This document shows, piece by piece, positions 48,779 to 58,792 of a stretch of 64,000 nt of DNA (the stretch's first letter is position 1; every line of letters begins with the position of its first letter). Under the pieces are notes generated by a model. It searched no databases. It saw only the letters and a program-made list of their open reading frames with translations, and was not told the DNA's origin. The translations under genes were made by a program, and so were the position numbers. Source of the DNA: Candidatus Fermentibacteraceae bacterium (GTDB lineage Bacteria; Fermentibacterota; Fermentibacteria; Fermentibacterales; JCC-6). The stretch is taken from contig JAWLEP010000001.1 in the NCBI GenBank assembly GCA_041686025.1, positions 44,545 through 108,544 of the forward strand. Direction: 5' to 3'.

Positions 48779-50413
48779 ATGCTTTCCCGCCTCAGCCTCC
48801 GCAACCTGGCCACCATCAGCGACACCACACTCGAGCTGACCCCCGGACTGAACGTTCTCACCGGAGAGACCGGAGCCGGCAAGTCCATACTGGTGGACGG
48901 GCTGCTGCTGGCCCTGGGCACCCGGGCTGACACCGCCCTGGTCCGCCCCGGGGAGCGGCTGGCCAGCGTGGAGGCCCACTTCCTCGGGGACGACGGGGGG
49001 GAGACCATCGTCCGCAGGGAGGTCTACGCCGCCGGCCGCAGCAGGATGTTCTGCGACGACCAGCTCTGCACGCTGGAGGAGGCCAGGGGCCGGGTGGGCC
49101 AGCTGGTGGACCTGCACTCGCAGCGTTCCACCCCCGCCCTCCTGTCCCGCAGGACCCAGCAGAGGTGGCTGGACGAGATGGCCGGCGCCGGCGAGCTGGC
49201 CGGGGACGTGGCGGAGCTGTTCGGCCGCTACCGGCAGCGGGACCGCCGCCGCGGGGAGCTGGAGCACCTGCTGGCGGGCCTTGCCGGGGAGAGGGAGCTC
49301 CTGGAGGAGGAGCTGGCGGAGATAGAGGAGACCGACCCCACCGAGGAGGAGTACAGGGAGCTGATGGAGGAGCGGCGGAGCCTGCGTGAGCTGGCCGAGA
49401 TGGCCGACACGCTCTCCGGCGCCTCGGAGGCCCTCGCCGGCGAGGAGGAGAGCCTGTCCTCGGCGGTGCGGGACGTGCAGCGGCGGCTGGCCTCCCTGGG
49501 TGAGCGGGGGGCCCAGGCGGCGGAGCTGCTGGAGCAGGCGGCCATAGGCATGGACGAGGCCGCCGCCCTCTGCGACGGCCTGATCGAGGACGTGGAGGAG
49601 GCGCCCTGGCGCCTGGAGGAGCTGGACCGGAGGCTGGACCGCTACTCCCGGCTTCTCACCAGGTGCGGCGGAAGCATCGAGTCGCTCATGCGCAGGCGGG
49701 AGCAGCTGCAGACGCGGCTTCGGGAGATGACGGACATGGAGAGCGAGCTCTCGTCCCTGCGCAAGGAGCTGCCCCGCCTGGAGGGCGAGCTGCTGGAGGC
49801 GGCGCAGCGGCTGCGGGAGGCCCGGGCCGCCGCGGCGGAGCGCCTGGAGAGGCGGGTGGCCGACGAGATGGAGGGCCTGGGCATGCCGGACTCCACCTTC
49901 CGGGTGGAGATGCGAGAGCCCCAGCCTGCCCGGTCGGTGGAGACGGGGGAGCACCTGGTCTGCGCCGACGGGCTGGATCTGCCCTCCTTTGTCTTCTCGG
50001 CCAACCCCGGCATGGAGCCGGGCCCGCTCTCCTCGGTGGCCAGCGGAGGGGAGCTGTCACGGCTGGCCCTGGCCCTCCGCCTGGCCCTGGCCGACGTCCG
50101 CGACCATCCCACCATGGCCTTCGACGAGATAGACGCCGGGGTGGGGGGGCGCACCGCACACCTGCTGGCCGAGTCCCTGGCCCGGGCGGCCGGCGGCGAC
50201 AGGCAGATCCTGGTGATTACCCACCTGGCCCAGATAGCGGCCAGGGCCCGCAACCACCTGGCGGTGAGCAAGAGGGTGGAGTCGGGGATGCCGGTCACCG
50301 AGGTCCGGACCATGGAGGGTGAGCGGCGACTGGAGGAGCTGGCCCGGATACTGGGGGGCGGGGAGGCCGCCGTGGAGCACGCCAGGAGCATGCTGGATGG
50401 AGCGGACGCTTGA
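48779..50413 (+). CDS. recN: DNA repair protein RecN
   Basis: TGETGAGKS, ASGGELSR, FDEIDAGVGG, ITHL.Q. Confidence 0.96.
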   Translation: MLSRLSLRNLATISDTTLELTPGLNVLTGETGAGKSILVDGLLLALGTRADTALVRPGERLASVEAHFLGDDGGETIVRREVYAAGRSRMFCDDQLCTLEEARGRVGQLVDLHSQRSTPALLSRRTQQRWLDEMAGAGELAGDVAELFGRYRQRDRRRGELEHLLAGLAGERELLEEELAEIEETDPTEEEYRELMEERRSLRELAEMADTLSGASEALAGEEESLSSAVRDVQRRLASLGERGAQAAELLEQAAIGMDEAAALCDGLIEDVEEAPWRLEELDRRLDRYSRLLTRCGGSIESLMRRREQLQTRLREMTDMESELSSLRKELPRLEGELLEAAQRLREARAAAAERLERRVADEMEGLGMPDSTFRVEMREPQPARSVETGEHLVCADGLDLPSFVFSANPGMEPGPLSSVASGGELSRLALALRLALADVRDHPTMAFDEIDAGVGGRTAHLLAESLARAAGGDRQILVITHLAQIAARARNHLAVSKRVESGMPVTEVRTMEGERRLEELARILGGGEAAVEHARSMLDGADA

Positions 50414-50964
50414 GGCTGCGGGGCCCCTTCTGGGGCGTTGCCAACATGCTGAGCCTCTCCAGGATACCTCTGGCGCTGATGGCCTGCTGGTTCGTCTGGC
50501 GCGGCGACCCGGCGGCCACGGCCATGGCCATGCTGCTGGCGGTGGCCACCGACGCCCTGGACGGCTGGGTGGCCCGCAGAACCGGAACCGAGAGCGACTG
50601 GGGCCGCATACTCGATCCCCTGGCGGACAAGATCGCCTTCGCCGCCTTCCTGGTCTGTCTCACCCTTATGGGGCGGGTCCCCCTGTGGCTGGTCCTGGTG
50701 GTGGTGGGCCGGGACCTGCTCATCGCCGCCGGAGGCCTGGCCATTGTGGGAAGGCTGGGGAGGCCGCCTGCGTCCAACATCTGGGGCAAGCTGGCCACCT
50801 GCGCGCTGGCCGCCTACCTGGCGAGGCAGGCCCTCTGGCCCTCCGGGGGCGTTCTGTGGGGCGCGGGGCCCCTGGGACTGGCGGCCCTGGCCCTCGTTAT
50901 CGTCAGCCTGATTGTTTACATTAGCACCTCTGTGAAGAGGCTCCGCAGCGGCGGAAGCCGTTAG
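50410..50964 (+). CDS. CDP-alcohol phosphatidyltransferase (PgsA-like)
   Basis: TDALDGWVARR...SDWG.ILDPLADK. Confidence 0.9.
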   Translation: MRLRGPFWGVANMLSLSRIPLALMACWFVWRGDPAATAMAMLLAVATDALDGWVARRTGTESDWGRILDPLADKIAFAAFLVCLTLMGRVPLWLVLVVVGRDLLIAAGGLAIVGRLGRPPASNIWGKLATCALAAYLARQALWPSGGVLWGAGPLGLAALALVIVSLIVYISTSVKRLRSGGSR

Positions 50965-50989
50965 TCGGCCCGAACCGGGGGGATCCCGC

Positions 50990-53900
50990 TTGTTCCTGAA
51001 GAGACTGGAGATTGTCGGCTTCAAGTCGTTCGCCGACGCCTTCGAGATGCAGTTCCGCCCGGGGATCACCGCCGTGGTGGGCCCCAACGGAGCCGGCAAG
51101 AGCAACGTGGCCGACGCCCTCAGATGGGTCCTGGGGTCCCAGAGCCCCAAGCAGCTGCGGTCGGAGCGGATGGAGGACGTGATCTTCTCCGGCAGCGCGG
51201 AGCGAAAGCCGCTGGGAATGGCGGAGGTGGTGATAACCTTCGACAACTCCAGCCGCGCCCTGGGCCTGGACTTCGACGAGGTGTGCATAGCCCGCCGGCT
51301 CTTCCGCTCCGGCGAGAGCGAGTACCTGATCAACGGCAACCGCTGCCGGTTGATGGACGTGACCGACCTGATCGTGGACCGGGGACTGGGCAGCAACGGC
51401 TACTGGATTCTCACCAGGAACATGGTCAAGACCATTCTCTCCAGCCGGCCGGAGGACCGGCGCTTCCTATTCGACGAGGCCGCCGGCATCACCCGCTACA
51501 AGATACAGCGGCACCGGGCCGAGCTGAAGCTGGACGCCACCAACGAGGACCTGGAGCGGATCGACGACATCATGGGCGAGGTCCGCTCCACAGTGGCGGC
51601 CCTGAAGAAGCAGGTTTCCGCCTTCCGCCGCTACGAGAAGGCCGAGCGGAGGATAGCCGAGATACGGGGGGTGATGGTCTCCCGGAGGCTGCGTGAGGTG
51701 GGGGACCTGCTCTCCGACGCGGTCCTCTCGCGGATGCAGCTGGAGTCGAAGCGGGAGGACATGGCCGCCGAGACGGCCGCCGCGGAGGCCGCTCTGGCGG
51801 AGACCGCAACCGAGTCGGAGAGGGCCGAGGCCGCCCTGGAGGAGGAGCGACAGCGGTGCAGCGCCCTGGAGCGGGAGCAGTCGGCCCTGGAGCGGGAGCT
51901 GGCCGTAACACAGACCAGGATATCCAGCACCTCCACCAGGATCGAGGACGCCGACAGCCTGCGGCGGGAGCAGCGCCAGAGGGCCCGGGAGCTGGCCCGC
52001 AGGGCCGGGGAGCTTCGGGGCAGGACCGAGGAGCTGCAGGACTCCCTGGAGGACTACCGGCGCCGGGCGGAGGAGGCGGCCGGGGATGCCGGACGGGCCA
52101 GGGGCCGCCGGGAGGAGGCCCGGAAGGACCTGGAGGCCGCCCGAAGCGAGCTGGCGGATGTGCGCCGCTCCATCGCCGACCTCGAGGAGCGCAACCGCAG
52201 CCGCCTGCAGCGGCGGGAGAGGCTGGAGCAGGAGCTCAGGTCCGCCCGGGAGCGCAGCGAGGCGCTCCGCAGCAGGGCCTCGGAGCTGCAGGGTTCGGCG
52301 AAGGCGGCGGAAGCGGACCTCGAAGGGTTGCAGGGGGAGCGCGGCGAATGCGCGGAGGAGCTGGCCCGGCAGCGCGAGAAGGTGGCGGGCCTCAGGGAGG
52401 AGCGGAAGCGCCTGAGGGACGAGATACACGGCCTGGAGATGGACAAGGCTGCGCGGCGGGAGAGGCTGGCCTCGCTGGACGACCACCGGTCCCGCAGCCG
52501 CGGGGAGACCCTGGCGGAGAGCATGTCCGTCCGCCGGGGCTACGAGAAGGCCGTGGGCGCCTTCCTGGACGCCTTCCAGGACGCCGAGGCTCTCCAGCCG
52601 CCCCACGGCGGCATGGAGGGCGACGACGGCAGACGGGTGGCCCTCACCGGCCTGGAGGCCCCCGACAGGCCCGGCCTTCCCGAGGGAGCCATCTGGCTTC
52701 CGGAGGTGGTGGACGACCCCCGGGGCAGGTTCACGGCCCTGCTCTCGGGAGGAGCGGTGGCGCCTGACCGGGAGACCGCGCTCTCCTGGATGTCCGAAGG
52801 CTGCGGCCTGGACCTGGTGACCACCGACGGAGACCTGGTCCGCCCGGGTGGCCTGGCCCGGCTGGGCGTATCCCCCGCCTCCGCCGGGGGCATGGAGCGC
52901 CGGGCGCTGGCCGAGGAGACCCGGAAGGCCATATCCCGGCTGGAGGAGAGGATCGGGGAGAAGGAGCGCAGGGCTTCCCGCCTGTACGAAGACCTGCAGG
53001 AGGCCGGGGACGCCGAGGCCTCGCTGTCCGACGCCCTCTCGGACGCGGACAGCCGGCTGGCCTCGGCCCGCACCAGGCTGGACGCCATCCGCGAGAACCT
53101 GGAGGGCGCTGAATCGGAGCTGTCGGAGGTCTCCTCGAGGATACCGGAGCTGGAGGAGGAGCTGTCCGGGCTGGATTCCGGGGACTCCGCCGGCGGCATG
53201 GATGGCCTCAGGGAGCGCCGCGACGGGGTGGAGGCGAAGGTCTCCCGGCTGGAGGCCTCCCTGGAGGAGATCGGCGACGAGGTGGGAAGGCTCAGCGCCA
53301 GGGAGAGCGCGGCGGCCTTCGACCTCCGCAGCCGCGAGGAGGAGCTGCAGAGGCTGCAGACGGACATAGACCGGCTGGAGAAGGACGCCGGGGCCGCCTC
53401 CAGGCGGGCGGAGGAGTCGGACGAGAGGATCGCCGAGCTGGAGGAGGAGAGGCGGCAGCTGAGGAGCTCCGTGGGTGAGAAGCAGAAGCTGATCCGGGAG
53501 GTGGGCGGCAGGCGGGAGAAGGCCGAGGAGGCCAGGACCGGGGCCCTGGGCAGGAGGGGCCGCGCCATGGAGTCCATGGCGGAGGCCCAGACCAGGGTGG
53601 CCGACCTGAGGGAGAGGATCGCCGAGGTCCGCGACCGCGCCTCCCAGCTTGAGGGCAGGATATCCACCTACGAGGAGAGGCTGGCGGGCCTGAAGGAGAG
53701 CGAGGGCGTACTGCCCGGAGAGGGCAGCCGCTACTGGTCCATGGACGATGAGCAGCTCCAGAGCAACCTCGACCGCCAGCGCGGCTACCGCGAGAGGCTG
53801 GGCCCGGTGAACATGCTGGCGGTGAAGGAGCACGAGGAGGCCAGCAACCGGCTGGGCTTCCTGGAGGAGCAGAGGGCCGACCTGGTGGAGGCCCGCGACT

Positions 53901-54403
53901 CCCTTCTCCGGGCCATCTCCGAGATCAACCGCACGGCCGCCCGGCGCTTCGAGAAGACCTTCGCGGAGGTGCGGGCCAACTTCCGGGAGCTGTTCGTCCA
54001 CCTCTTCGGCGGCGGCGAGGCCGACATCATGCCCCTGGAGTCGGAGGACCCCCTGGAGGGGGGAGTGCAGATACTGGCCCGTCCCGCCGGAAAGAAGCTC
54101 TCCAACGTGGCCGTCCTCTCCGACGGCGAGCAGGCGCTGGCGGCCGTGGCCCTGCTGTTCTCCCTCTACCTGGTCAAGCCGTCGCCCTTCTGCGTTCTGG
54201 ACGAGCTGGACGCCCCCCTGGACGACTCCAACATCGACCGCTTCGTGGACCTCCTGCACAGGTTCAGCGAGAAGACCCAGTTCGTGGTGATCACCCACAA
54301 CAAGAGGACCATGGAGGCCGCGGACGTCCTCTACGGCATCACCATGCAGGAGAAGGGCGTGTCCAGCGCCGCCTCCGTCAGCCTGGAGGAGGCCTCCACC
54401 TGA
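50990..54403 (+). CDS. smc: Chromosome segregation protein SMC
   Basis: GFKSF, VGPNGAGKSN, long coiled coils, hinge, GPVN..A, PSPFCVLDELDAPLD. Confidence 0.96.
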   Translation: MFLKRLEIVGFKSFADAFEMQFRPGITAVVGPNGAGKSNVADALRWVLGSQSPKQLRSERMEDVIFSGSAERKPLGMAEVVITFDNSSRALGLDFDEVCIARRLFRSGESEYLINGNRCRLMDVTDLIVDRGLGSNGYWILTRNMVKTILSSRPEDRRFLFDEAAGITRYKIQRHRAELKLDATNEDLERIDDIMGEVRSTVAALKKQVSAFRRYEKAERRIAEIRGVMVSRRLREVGDLLSDAVLSRMQLESKREDMAAETAAAEAALAETATESERAEAALEEERQRCSALEREQSALERELAVTQTRISSTSTRIEDADSLRREQRQRARELARRAGELRGRTEELQDSLEDYRRRAEEAAGDAGRARGRREEARKDLEAARSELADVRRSIADLEERNRSRLQRRERLEQELRSARERSEALRSRASELQGSAKAAEADLEGLQGERGECAEELARQREKVAGLREERKRLRDEIHGLEMDKAARRERLASLDDHRSRSRGETLAESMSVRRGYEKAVGAFLDAFQDAEALQPPHGGMEGDDGRRVALTGLEAPDRPGLPEGAIWLPEVVDDPRGRFTALLSGGAVAPDRETALSWMSEGCGLDLVTTDGDLVRPGGLARLGVSPASAGGMERRALAEETRKAISRLEERIGEKERRASRLYEDLQEAGDAEASLSDALSDADSRLASARTRLDAIRENLEGAESELSEVSSRIPELEEELSGLDSGDSAGGMDGLRERRDGVEAKVSRLEASLEEIGDEVGRLSARESAAAFDLRSREEELQRLQTDIDRLEKDAGAASRRAEESDERIAELEEERRQLRSSVGEKQKLIREVGGRREKAEEARTGALGRRGRAMESMAEAQTRVADLRERIAEVRDRASQLEGRISTYEERLAGLKESEGVLPGEGSRYWSMDDEQLQSNLDRQRGYRERLGPVNMLAVKEHEEASNRLGFLEEQRADLVEARDSLLRAISEINRTAARRFEKTFAEVRANFRELFVHLFGGGEADIMPLESEDPLEGGVQILARPAGKKLSNVAVLSDGEQALAAVALLFSLYLVKPSPFCVLDELDAPLDDSNIDRFVDLLHRFSEKTQFVVITHNKRTMEAADVLYGITMQEKGVSSAASVSLEEAST

Positions 54404-55308
54404 TGGGCCTGGCGGAGGGACTCCGGAAGACGCGCCGGCTCCTGGGCGACGGCCTGGCGGGCATAATGGGCCGGGAGACGGTGGACGACGAGGACCTGGA
54501 GAGGGCGGAGGAGGTCCTCCTGGGGAGCGACCTGGGCTGGGAGCTGGCCGAAATGATAGTCGAGGAGCTGCCCTCCAGGGCCAGGGGGGACAGCCGCGGG
54601 TGGAGGCCGGCCCTGGCCGATCTGCTGATGGAGCGGGTGCCCGTCCGCCGCGTCGAGGAGGAGCGGAAGGCCACTCCTCACGTGGACCTGGTGGTGGGGG
54701 TTAACGGCTCGGGCAAGACCACCACCATCGCCCGCCTGGCGGGGAGGTTCACCGATGCCGGCGAGGAGGTGCTGCTGGCCTGCGCCGACACCTTCCGCCC
54801 CGCCGCCGCCGAGCAGCTCTCCGAGTGGGCCCGCCGCCTGGGGCTGGACTGCATCACCCAGCTGGAGGGCTCCGATCCCGGGGCGGTGGCCTTCGACGCC
54901 ATAAAGAGGGGCATCTCCAGGGGTTACGACAGGGTGCTGATCGATACCGCCGGAAGGCTTCCCAACAGGACCGGCCTGATGAAGGAGCTCACCAAGGTCC
55001 ACCGGGTCTGCGGAAAGGCCATGGAGGGGGCCCCGCACCGGGTGCTCCTGGTGCTGGACGGTACCGTGGGCCAGAATGCCCTGGCCCAGGCCAGCCAGTT
55101 CCTGGACGCCCTGCCGGTTACCGGGCTGGTGGTAACCAAGCTGGACGGCACCGCCAGGGGCGGAGCGGTCCTGGCCATGGCCAGCCGGCTGGAGATCCCC
55201 ATCGAGTACGTGGGAGTTGGGGAGACGGTGGACGACCTGCTGGCCTTCGATCAGGAGGCCTACGTGAGGGCCCTGCTGGGACTGGAGGGCTCCGGGAGCG
55301 CATGCTGA
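54403..55308 (+). CDS. ftsY: Signal recognition particle receptor FtsY
   Basis: [26 protein letters not shown]. Confidence 0.96.
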   Translation: MGLAEGLRKTRRLLGDGLAGIMGRETVDDEDLERAEEVLLGSDLGWELAEMIVEELPSRARGDSRGWRPALADLLMERVPVRRVEEERKATPHVDLVVGVNGSGKTTTIARLAGRFTDAGEEVLLACADTFRPAAAEQLSEWARRLGLDCITQLEGSDPGAVAFDAIKRGISRGYDRVLIDTAGRLPNRTGLMKELTKVHRVCGKAMEGAPHRVLLVLDGTVGQNALAQASQFLDALPVTGLVVTKLDGTARGGAVLAMASRLEIPIEYVGVGETVDDLLAFDQEAYVRALLGLEGSGSAC

Positions 55309-56036
55309 GCCTGCAGGAGGTCTGCAAGAGCTTCGGCGAGAAGACCGCGGTGGACGGCATCACCCTGGAGGTGCCGGCGGGCGAGGTCTTCGGCCTGCTG
55401 GGCCCCAACGGGGCGGGGAAGAGCACCACGCTGCGCATGGTCTCCGGCCTGGTTTTCCCCGACTCCGGGAGGATCACCGTGGACTCCCTGGACATCTCCG
55501 AGGACCCGGAGGCCGTCCGTGCCCGGGTGGCCTACGTGCCGGACGAGCCCACCGTCTACCCCCGGCTCACCGGCCGCGAGTTCCTCCGCTTCTCCGGACG
55601 CCTGCGGGGAATAGAGGCCGGCGAGCTGGAGAAGCGGATAGACTTCCACCAGCGGCTTTTCGACATGCACGGCTGGCTGGACAAGAGGGCCGAGTCCTAC
55701 TCCCACGGGATGATACAGAGGGTGGTGCTGAGCTCCGCTTTCGTGGCCAGGGCCAGCCTCTACGCCATAGACGAGCCGCTGGTGGGCCTCGACCCCGCCT
55801 CGGCGGAGACCTTCCACCGGATGGCCCGCTCCGCCGCCGCCGGGGGAGCCGCCGTGGTGATCTCCACCCACACCCTTCCCGTCGCCCACCGCTTCTGCCA
55901 TCGGCTGGGGATAATCCACCGGGGCAGGCTGGTGCGGACGCTCCGTCCGGAGGAGGTGGCCCCCGGGGACCTGCAGGAGCTCTTCTTCAGCATCACCGGC
56001 ACCGCCCCGGCGGATGTGAGCCAGTATTTCGATTAA
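55302..56036 (+). CDS. ABC transporter ATP-binding protein
   Basis: GPNGAGKST, YSHGM signature, IDEP, STH. Confidence 0.92.
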   Translation: MLSLQEVCKSFGEKTAVDGITLEVPAGEVFGLLGPNGAGKSTTLRMVSGLVFPDSGRITVDSLDISEDPEAVRARVAYVPDEPTVYPRLTGREFLRFSGRLRGIEAGELEKRIDFHQRLFDMHGWLDKRAESYSHGMIQRVVLSSAFVARASLYAIDEPLVGLDPASAETFHRMARSAAAGGAAVVISTHTLPVAHRFCHRLGIIHRGRLVRTLRPEEVAPGDLQELFFSITGTAPADVSQYFD

Positions 56037-56087
56037 AATTACTGAGCGTCTATATTAAGAAACATTTGCGTTCCCGCGGCTTTTTTT

Positions 56088-56114
56088 GTAACGTCTATGC
56101 AACCCGTCCGTCTA
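56088..56114 (+). promoter_or_regulatory. ECF-sigma-like promoter
   Basis: GTAAC-N16-CGTCTA. Confidence 0.45.
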
Positions 56115-56163
56115 GTGGACGTGCGACGGACGGAAGAGGCCTTTCGCCATGGGGGTGGCAGAT

Positions 56164-56253
56164 ATGGCGACCGTGTTCGGCTTTCTCACCGGGGACCTTC
56201 ACGGCACCGCGGAGCCCGAGGGCAAGAAGGAGAAGGAGACCAAGTCCTCCTGA
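56164..56253 (+). CDS. Putative small protein (29 aa; 34 aa from ATG 56149)
   Basis: MATVFGFLTGDLHGTAEPEGKKEKETKSS; high GC3; flanked by a promoter-like motif and a terminator. Confidence 0.5.
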   Translation: MATVFGFLTGDLHGTAEPEGKKEKETKSS

Positions 56254-56277
56254 GGCCTGCAGGGAACCGAAGCAGCT

Positions 56278-56305
56278 GGGCCCGGCATCTGCCGGGCCCT
56301 TTCTT
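56278..56305 (+). terminator. Intrinsic terminator
   Basis: GGGCCCGGC-ATCT-GCCGGGCCC followed by TTTCTT. Confidence 0.7.
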
Positions 56306-56590
56306 CACATGGCGCTTTCGGGTCCCGCATCGGCCCTGAAGACCAGAGAGCCGGGGACCGCCGAGCTCTGCGCCGTCCGGCGGGCCTCCGACGGCTCCGA
56401 CCTGTGCAGAGACCGCATATCCTGGCATCGGGTCTCCGGCTCCGGCAGGGCGTAGGCCCTCACTCCCGCCTCATCGCAGGGCCGGAGCAGCCGCAGATGC
56501 TGCAGGACGACTGACCGGTCCGGCCAGCGCCTCTTTGCATATGTTACCCCCGGCGGTAGGTGAGTGGGGCCGGCAGGATTCGGGGGCATC

Positions 56591-57304
56591 ATGGAGAAAG
56601 GGAGCGGGGGCTCGGAGACCGGCGGGCCGGGCATCGGCCTTCTCAACGAGAGGCCGCTGCACGCATCCCTGAAGCAGTGGTACGCGCGGCCCGGCGACCG
56701 CTTCGAGGTACCGGTGGAGGGATACGTGGTGGACATCGTCCGGGACGGACGGCTGGTGGAGGTCCAGACCGGCGGCTTCTCCGCCCTGCGGCCGAAGCTG
56801 AAGGCTCTGCTGGACGGCTACAGCGTAAGGCTGGTCCATCCCATCGCACTGGAGAAGTGGATCGTGAAGCTGCCCCGGGACGGCAGCGGCGAACCCGCCC
56901 GCCGGAAGTCGCCCAAGCGCGGCAGGGTGGAGGAGGTCTTCACCGAGCTGGTGAGCCTGCCCCGACTGCTGGCCAGACCGGGCTTCTCCCTGGAGGTCCT
57001 CCTCATCCGGGAGGAGGAGGTCAGGAGCTACGACGGCAGACGGGGATGGCGACGCAGGGGCTGGGTGGTGGAGGAGCGCCGGTTGCTCGAGGTGGTGGAG
57101 AGTCATGCTTTCGGCGACTCGTGCGACCTGCTCTCCCTGCTTCCCGACGGCCTGCAGAAGCCATTCACCACGCAGGACCTGGCGGAGGCGGCGGGGATCC
57201 GCCGGGCGCTTGCCCAGAAGATGGCCTACTGCCTGCACAGGTCTGGGCTGGTAGGCAGGATCGGAAAGAGCGGCAGGTCATGGCTTTACGACCGATATGG
57301 GTGA
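56591..57304 (+). CDS. Conserved hypothetical protein, PD-(D/E)XK nuclease-like with C-terminal HTH
   Basis: LH..LK..Y, E....GY.VD.....L.EVQT; C-terminal FT..DLA......LAQK..YCL. Confidence 0.6.
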   Translation: MEKGSGGSETGGPGIGLLNERPLHASLKQWYARPGDRFEVPVEGYVVDIVRDGRLVEVQTGGFSALRPKLKALLDGYSVRLVHPIALEKWIVKLPRDGSGEPARRKSPKRGRVEEVFTELVSLPRLLARPGFSLEVLLIREEEVRSYDGRRGWRRRGWVVEERRLLEVVESHAFGDSCDLLSLLPDGLQKPFTTQDLAEAAGIRRALAQKMAYCLHRSGLVGRIGKSGRSWLYDRYG

Positions 57305-57404
57305 TCGGGGCCGTGTCTGCAGGAATGGACCAGGCTGTCTAGTGATAATTAAACACTAACTGAAGGAATTCGCTTTTGAAGCACGGGGTGAGGGAAAGCC
57401 GCCC

Positions 57405-57989
57405 ATGAGGCCCGACGGGGAGAGCCTGCGGGAGAGGGTTGCCCGGGCGGTGGCGGAGAGGGTTGAAGTGGTACCCTACGACCCGGAATGGCCGGAGATG
57501 TTCGCGCGGGAGAGGGAGCATCTGGCCCGCTGCCTGCCCTCCGACCTGACCGGCAGGATAGAGCACTTCGGAAGCACGGCGGTGCCCGGCCTGGCGGCCA
57601 AGCCCGTCATCGACATGCTGGTGGAGGTGGTCGACCTGGGGGAGACCCGCCGGAGGATAGCGCCCATTCTCGAGTCCCAGGGCTACGATTACTTCTGGCG
57701 TCCCACCTCCGGCGACAGCACTCCTCCGTTCTACGCCTGGTTCATCAAACGTGACGAGTCGGGCACCAGGACCCACCACATACACATGGTGGAAAGCGAC
57801 TTCGAGCACTGGAACAGGCTGCTGTTCCGGGACTGGCTCATAGACCACCCCGGGGACGCTGCGAGGTACGGCCGGCTGAAGATGGAGCTGGCCCGGCGCT
57901 ACGGCAGCGACCGCGTGGCCTATACCCGGGCCAAGGGCGCGTTCATATCGGAGATCACCGAAAGGGCGGGAGGCGGCGGAAAGCTGTGA
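57405..57989 (+). CDS. GrpB family protein (nucleotidyltransferase fold)
   Basis: PYDPEW..F, IEHFGSTAVPGLAAKPVID, HHIH, LLFRDWL, YT.AK..FI. Confidence 0.92.
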   Translation: MRPDGESLRERVARAVAERVEVVPYDPEWPEMFAREREHLARCLPSDLTGRIEHFGSTAVPGLAAKPVIDMLVEVVDLGETRRRIAPILESQGYDYFWRPTSGDSTPPFYAWFIKRDESGTRTHHIHMVESDFEHWNRLLFRDWLIDHPGDAARYGRLKMELARRYGSDRVAYTRAKGAFISEITERAGGGGKL

Positions 57990-58792
57990 TACAGGTGGGA
58001 ACGATACGCAAGCTGGGCTGGAGGAAGTGGGCGAGACGGAGGCTGGACGTGCCGGCGGCTTACGCCGCGGACATGCTCCTCCCGAAGAGGGAGGACAGGA
58101 AGAAGCTGGTGATCTTCGCCCAGGGGCGGACCGGAAGCACACTGCTGGAGAAGCTGCTCTGCTCCACCGGGCACTTCCGCGAGAGCGGCGAGCTGCTGAG
58201 CTCCTCCTTCGGGGAGATACGGTACCCGCTGCGGTTCGTCAGGGGCATGGCCAGGATGGGTCCGGGGAGCTTCGTCTTCCATCTGAAGGTCTACCAGCTC
58301 ACCAGGGACCGGAGGCGGCCAGTGGACCCCGGGGACTTTCTGAAGGCGCTGCAGGCCGACGGCTGGAAGTTCGTGCATCTGATGCGCCGCAACAGGCTGA
58401 GGCACGCGTTCTCCAACCTCCTTCTGGAGTACAGGGGCCACCCCCAGAAGCTAACCGACCACGAGGAGAGGCCGAAGCTGGTTGTGGACTGCAGCGACCT
58501 GGAGAGGATAGTGGACGAGCGCTTCCGGTTCGCCTCCGACGAGCAGCGGGCCCTGGAGGGTATACCCCATCACCGGGTGGTGTACGAGGACGACCTGGAG
58601 GACTCCGGCCGGCACCAGGAGACGGTGGACGGCATACTGGAGATGATGTCCCTGGAGACCCGGCCGGTGAGTACCGAGCTGAGAAGGATAAACGTCTACA
58701 GGCTGGAGGAGCTGGTGGAGAACTGGGACGACGTCCTGCAGCTGCTGGGCAGACGCGGATGGGAGCGCTTCCTGGACGGCCCGGAAGGATGA
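57986..58792 (+). CDS. Sulfotransferase (Stf0-like)
   Basis: PAPS-binding loop GRTGSTLL, L.RRN.L..A.S, V.YE. Confidence 0.78.
   Translation: MIQVGTIRKLGWRKWARRRLDVPAAYAADMLLPKREDRKKLVIFAQGRTGSTLLEKLLCSTGHFRESGELLSSSFGEIRYPLRFVRGMARMGPGSFVFHLKVYQLTRDRRRPVDPGDFLKALQADGWKFVHLMRRNRLRHAFSNLLLEYRGHPQKLTDHEERPKLVVDCSDLERIVDERFRFASDEQRALEGIPHHRVVYEDDLEDSGRHQETVDGILEMMSLETRPVSTELRRINVYRLEELVENWDDVLQLLGRRGWERFLDGPEG

Noticed and set aside
56149..56253. Lasso peptide/RiPP precursor
   Set aside because: No convincing leader/core pattern and no cyclase, peptidase or RRE gene nearby.
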